NCBI GenBank assembly: GCA_009908925.1
Contig: JAAAOH010000370.1
Span: 1-38,481, forward strand
Reading direction: 5' to 3'
DNA: 38,481 bases
From: Spirochaetota bacterium
Lineage (GTDB): Bacteria; Spirochaetota; Spirochaetia; DSM-27196; PWMO01
In this document: piece after piece, positions 35,100-38,481 of the stretch
Layout of the letters: each line of letters starts with the position of its first letter
Numbering within the stretch: position 1 is the first letter of the stretch
Notes under the pieces: model-generated
Databases searched by the model: none
Seen by the model: the letters and a program-made list of their open reading frames with translations, nothing else
What the model was told of the DNA's origin: nothing
Program-made: the position numbers and the translations under genes

Positions 35100-37124
35100 T
35101 CATGCCGTCGCCTCCTCGAGTTCCTCTTTCCTGACCCGGAGCAAACGGGCGTTGATCGCCACTACGACGGTCGAGAGCGACATGAGAATCGCGCCGACCT
35201 CCGGCGAAAGGATGATACCGGCGCTGTAGAGTACGCCCGCGGCCAGGGGAATGGCCACGACGTTATAGCCGGTTGCCCAGATAAGGTTCTGTACCATTTT
35301 GCGGTAGGTTGCCTGCCCGAACAATATGAGTGCGGTGATGTCGATCGGGTTCGAGTTCACCAACACGATATCCGCCGTCGCTGCTGCTACGTCCGTGCCC
35401 GATCCGACGGCGATGCCGATTTGCGCCTGAGCGAGCGCGGGAGAATCATTCACTCCGTCACCGGTCATCGCGACGTACTCGCCCTTTGATTGTAGCTCTT
35501 TCACTTTTTCCTGCTTCTCATCGGGCAACACCTCGGCGAAAAACCCGTCCATGCCGAGCTCGTCGGCTACGGCCTTCGCCGTCTCCCTGTTATCACCGGT
35601 GAGCATCCAGCACTTGATGCCCCGTTTGTGGAGCGCCCCGATTGCCTTGTACGACTCAGGCCGAATGGCGTCGGAGAGGGCGATGGAACCCGCCACGGTT
35701 TCATCGATGAGCACGAACACACGAGTGACACCACCAGCGTGATCGGCGCCCTCCGGTGGCTGGATACCGTGCTCTTCGAGATATCCGGGGCTCACCACCT
35801 CTACCGTCCGGCCCCGGACTCTGCCGGTGACGCCCTTGCCTTTGACGGCCTGGAACTCCTCGGCACCGGGCACCTCCAGATTGTCCGACGAGGCCCGATC
35901 GACAATTCCTTTGCCGATCGGGTGCTCTGACTGGCCTTCCAGCGCTGCGGCCAGGGTCAGGATCTGCTCACGACTGTAGCCGTCGTCGTGCGAGTCCACG
36001 CTTGTGACCTCAAAGCTCCCCCTGGTGAGCGTGCCGGTCTTGTCGAATACCACCGTGGTAATTTTGCGGGCGTTCTCAAAGGCTGTTCGGTTGCGAATGA
36101 GCAGCCCGTTCTGCGCGGACTTCGAGGTGGAAACTGAAACCACCAGCGGGATCGCCAGGCCCAGTGCATGAGGGCAGGTGATGACCATCACCGTCGCCAT
36201 TCGCGCGATGGAGAACTGGAGGTCCCTGCCGACTATGAGCCACGCTGCAAGCGTCGCCACTCCTACGGTTATCGCCACGATTGTGAGCCAGAACGCGGCG
36301 CGGTCCGAGAGCGCCTGGGTCTTCGACTTCGCCGCCTGCGCCTCCCGGACCATGCTGATCACCTTGGAGAGATAGGATTCCTCCCCGGCGCCCTCCACGC
36401 GAAGCTCGAGGGAGCCGTCACCATTGATCGAGCCCCCGATCAGTTTGTCATCCGTCGCTTTGCGAACCGGTTTGGACTCACCGGTGAGCATCGACTCGTC
36501 TATGTAGCTTTCGCCCTTCACCACGACGCCGTCGGAGGGAATCTTTTCTCCCGGTTTGATGACCAGAACATCGCCCTTCTGCACCTGGGAGAGGGGCACG
36601 TCCTCAATGCTGTCGCCACTCCTGCGATGTGCTTCGTTGGGCATCAGTTGGGCAAGCTTCTCCAATGCCGAAGAGGCGCTGAGGACCGAGGCCATTTCGA
36701 TCCAGTGGCCGGCGAGCATGATAGCGATCAGGGTTGCAAGCTCCCAGTAAAATGGAGAGCCTTCAAGCCCGAACGTAACCGCCGCGCTGTACACGTACGC
36801 CACGGTTATTGCGAGACCGATCAGGGTCATCATGCCCGGTGTCTTCTGCTTGAGCTCGCTTACGAGCCCCGAGAGGAAGGGCCAGCCACCGTAGACGAAA
36901 ATCACCGTCGCCAGAGTGAAGACGACGATCCCGTCCCCCGGAAAGCCGAAGGTGAAACCGAGAAACTGCTGGATCAGCGGGGAGAGTGCCAGCACCGGCA
37001 GCGTCAGAACGATCGACACGTAGAACCGGCGCCGGAAGTCGCGGATCATAATCCGGTGATGCTCGGTATGATCGTGGTGTTCTCCACCGTGACTCTGTTC
37101 TTGATGCGTATGGTCGTCACTCAT
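35100..37124 (-). CDS. copB: Copper-translocating P1B-type ATPase, CopB-like (His-rich N-terminus, CPH motif)
   Basis: MSDDHTHQEQSHGGEHHDHTEHH is a His-rich metal-binding N-terminus. ITCPHALGLAIP is the CPH transmembrane metal site. The DKTGTLT phosphorylation site, MLTGDN and GDGVNDSPAL are present. The ATG at 37124 follows AGGAG; the track's 36 extra codons are upstream leader. Confidence 0.9.
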   Translation of the reverse strand: MSDDHTHQEQSHGGEHHDHTEHHRIMIRDFRRRFYVSIVLTLPVLALSPLIQQFLGFTFGFPGDGIVVFTLATVIFVYGGWPFLSGLVSELKQKTPGMMTLIGLAITVAYVYSAAVTFGLEGSPFYWELATLIAIMLAGHWIEMASVLSASSALEKLAQLMPNEAHRRSGDSIEDVPLSQVQKGDVLVIKPGEKIPSDGVVVKGESYIDESMLTGESKPVRKATDDKLIGGSINGDGSLELRVEGAGEESYLSKVISMVREAQAAKSKTQALSDRAAFWLTIVAITVGVATLAAWLIVGRDLQFSIARMATVMVITCPHALGLAIPLVVSVSTSKSAQNGLLIRNRTAFENARKITTVVFDKTGTLTRGSFEVTSVDSHDDGYSREQILTLAAALEGQSEHPIGKGIVDRASSDNLEVPGAEEFQAVKGKGVTGRVRGRTVEVVSPGYLEEHGIQPPEGADHAGGVTRVFVLIDETVAGSIALSDAIRPESYKAIGALHKRGIKCWMLTGDNRETAKAVADELGMDGFFAEVLPDEKQEKVKELQSKGEYVAMTGDGVNDSPALAQAQIGIAVGSGTDVAAATADIVLVNSNPIDITALILFGQATYRKMVQNLIWATGYNVVAIPLAAGVLYSAGIILSPEVGAILMSLSTVVVAINARLLRVRKEELEEATA

Positions 37125-37219
37125 TCGCCAACTCCTTTTGCCCCAGAGATCGAACCTACTCATGCTGCCGCTCGACGACAAATCCAGGGCTTGCGCCTCC
37201 AGAGGGCATAGTGTACGGT

Positions 37220-37247
37220 ATAATACCCCCATGGGGTATATTCACAA
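37220..37247 (-). promoter_or_regulatory. copB promoter with an embedded CsoR-type operator palindrome
   Basis: On the minus strand: TTGTGA (plus-strand 37242-37247), 16-nt spacer, TATTAT (37220-37225). The spacer contains ATACCCC-CAT-GGGGTAT (37223-37239), a perfect 7-bp inverted repeat. This resembles the GC-rich TACCC...GGGTA CsoR operators described in Bacillus, Mycobacterium and Streptomyces. Confidence 0.5.
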
Positions 37248-37564
37248 GTCGCGTCCGAGGGCAGATGGATTGAATCAGACGTCCAACGTCTTATCCACGG
37301 TACGCACCCCGTGACAGATCTGCTTGGGAGAATCCTGGCGAATGGAGGAGTCTACGTTCTGCTTCGCAAACTGGGGCATTTGATGGTTCGCGGCGGGGGA
37401 ACACACTCGGTCGCGCGGATCGCAGCATTTCGGGAGCGGCAGGACCTTCAGCCGCCGAGGTCTTTCGGGAGTTCACGTCGTAGCCCGGCTGTGTAGTCAA
37501 TCTGCGTAGCTGCGGTCACCTCTGTCGCTTCACCGGATTTCTTTGAAGCTCGGTGGCGCTGTAA

Positions 37565-37650
37565 TGCCGGCGGGGAGACTCGAACTCCCACAAGGTGTGA
37601 ACCTCGGCAGATTTTGAGTCTGCTGCGTCTACCAATTTCGCCACGCCGGC
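37565..37650 (-). tRNA. tRNA-Leu (anticodon CAA), class II with a long variable arm, no encoded CCA
   Basis: The minus strand reads GCCGGCG TG GCGA AATTGGTAGA CGC A GCAGA CTCAAAA TCTGC CGAGGTTCACACCTTGT GGGAG TTCGAGT CTCCC CGCCGGC A. It has a perfect 7-bp acceptor stem, 5-bp anticodon and T stems, a TTCGAGT T-loop, and CAA in the anticodon loop. Confidence 0.9.
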
Positions 37651-37661
37651 TGTGGGCACCG

Positions 37662-37690
37662 AGTGTAATCCAACGGCCCCCCTTTGACAA
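37662..37690 (-). promoter_or_regulatory. Sigma-70-like promoter for tRNA-Leu
   Basis: On the minus strand: TTGTCA (plus-strand 37685-37690), 17-nt spacer, TACACT (37662-37667). The -10 hexamer ends 11 nt before the first tRNA nucleotide. Confidence 0.4.
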
Positions 37691-38021
37691 TTGCCGTCGT
37701 CGCATCGCCCGGCGCCGCTCTCGCGTACTTGTCCTGGCCCTTCTCTTCGGCGTATAGTCAGGTGGCTGAATCGTCGGCCACGGGAGGTTATACGCTATGA
37801 CTACTACACGACACACGGATCTTGTGCTCGCCCCGGGCGGGTACTTCGAAGCGTAGACGACCAAACCCTCTCAGAACGTACGCCCACGCCGCTGCCGGCG
37901 GCACGCGCTTCTCTTACACCCGCACCAACCCTCACGCAAGCTGTGGATCGGGGCCGATGTGCACGCTACCCGCGCACGCGGTCCTCGTCATCAGGGTTAG
38001 CTATGACTGGAGTGAACGCAC

Positions 38022-38481
38022 GTGTCAAACAAACTATGGAGCGCATCCGGCTGGGACGTCGGCCGGCAGAATGAGTTCGAAGAACAGACAGAGTCCACCT
38101 CCGTTCCCGGACGTATCGTTGCAGTGTTCGGAAGCCGTTTTCTGGTAGCCACGCCCGCCGGAGAGCTGCGGGCGTCCGAAAGCGGGCAGCTTCGATACCT
38201 GGTGGAGCTCGGCACGCAGCCGCAGCCGACCACCGGTGATTTTGTGGCGCTCGCGGGTGTTGGTCCCGCGTCGCCAGTGGAGCCCCCGGCGCAGGCGAGC
38301 GGCATCACCCCGGCGCCCGGTGTCGACGCACCGGCAACCGGCGTCGAGGCAGTCATAACCCGGGTCCTCCCGCGGCAGAGCCTCTTCGCCCGAAAGCGCC
38401 CCGGCTCCCATGAACGGCAGCCGCTGGTCGCCAACCTCGACCTTCTCGTCATCGTCACCGACCCCGGCGGTGACTTCTCGG
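38022..38481 (+). CDS. rsgA: Ribosome small-subunit-dependent GTPase A, N-terminal part. The gene continues past the window end.
   Basis: My translation gives ...GRIVAVFGSRFLVATPAGELRASESGQLRY...TTGDFVAL...VEAVITRVLPRQSLFARKRPGSHERQPLVANLDLLVIVT. This matches the RsgA OB-fold region and the LPR-x-S-x-L-x-R ... Q-x-(I/V)-AAN-(I/V)-D pattern. The only in-frame start after the upstream stop (38013-38015) is the GTG at 38022. The frame is open to the end of the window. Confidence 0.75.
   Translation, partial: MSNKLWSASGWDVGRQNEFEEQTESTSVPGRIVAVFGSRFLVATPAGELRASESGQLRYLVELGTQPQPTTGDFVALAGVGPASPVEPPAQASGITPAPGVDAPATGVEAVITRVLPRQSLFARKRPGSHERQPLVANLDLLVIVTDPGGDFS

Noticed and set aside
36168-37211. 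347-aa plus-strand ORF
   Set aside because: It is antisense to copB.
37291-37500. 69-aa minus-strand ORF (and the 61-aa plus-strand ORF) between copB and the tRNA, considered as an integrase or CsoR remnant
   Set aside because: It bears no resemblance to tyrosine-recombinase motifs (R..HxxR..Y) or to the CsoR helical C-H-C pattern. Its composition is non-protein-like.
37448-37864. 138-aa minus-strand ORF
   Set aside because: It runs straight through the tRNA-Leu gene and its promoter.

Overview
High-GC bacterial chromosomal segment (mid-60s % GC by eye). It is densely coding on both strands: about 33 protein genes, one tRNA-Leu(CAA), and partial genes at both edges. I found no CRISPR array, transposase, integrase, rRNA or obvious prophage. 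Many long ORFs in the track are antisense shadows of clearly homologous genes, as expected at this GC content.

Gene order:
- 1-4823 (-): sensor kinase, then REC-GGDEF, then an HDAC-like gene, apparently one operon.
- 4949-10906: PAS protein, class-I aminotransferase, sugar-isomerase-like gene, then a sigma-54 promoter in front of a small radical-SAM gene and a HemL-like class-III PLP enzyme.
- 10996-16502: signal-peptide Pcm, a polytopic spermidine-synthase-like protein, and a DUF4954-like protein.
- 16587-23110: redox and hydrolase genes (Rieske-FAD fusion, PQQ sugar dehydrogenase lipoprotein, AKR with Fe-S tail, nucleoside hydrolase, amidohydrolase).
- 23177-25427: Crp/Fnr regulator, DUF2892, and an orphan radical-SAM/SPASM enzyme with an AbrB-like N-terminus.
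- 25536-28236: acyltransferase, BON protein, SbcB.
- 28397-34310: XRE regulator, DUF606, SpeE-like methyltransferase, photolyase-related protein, glycosyltransferase, heparanase-like GH79.
- 34328-37650: a lower-GC patch with a nonsense-disrupted GIY-YIG nuclease gene, a CopB-type copper ATPase behind a CsoR-like operator, and tRNA-Leu.
- 38022 to the window end: the start of rsgA.

Best candidates for something undescribed:
1. The sigma-54/UAS-controlled radical-SAM plus aminomutase-like pair.
2. The stand-alone AbrB-fused radical-SAM/SPASM enzyme with no visible substrate gene.
3. An FeS-BCP-lineage photolyase homologue that has only two cysteines, so it cannot hold the family's 4-Cys cluster. 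It abuts a SpeE-like methyltransferase.

All functional calls rest on motif recognition by eye. No searches were run.
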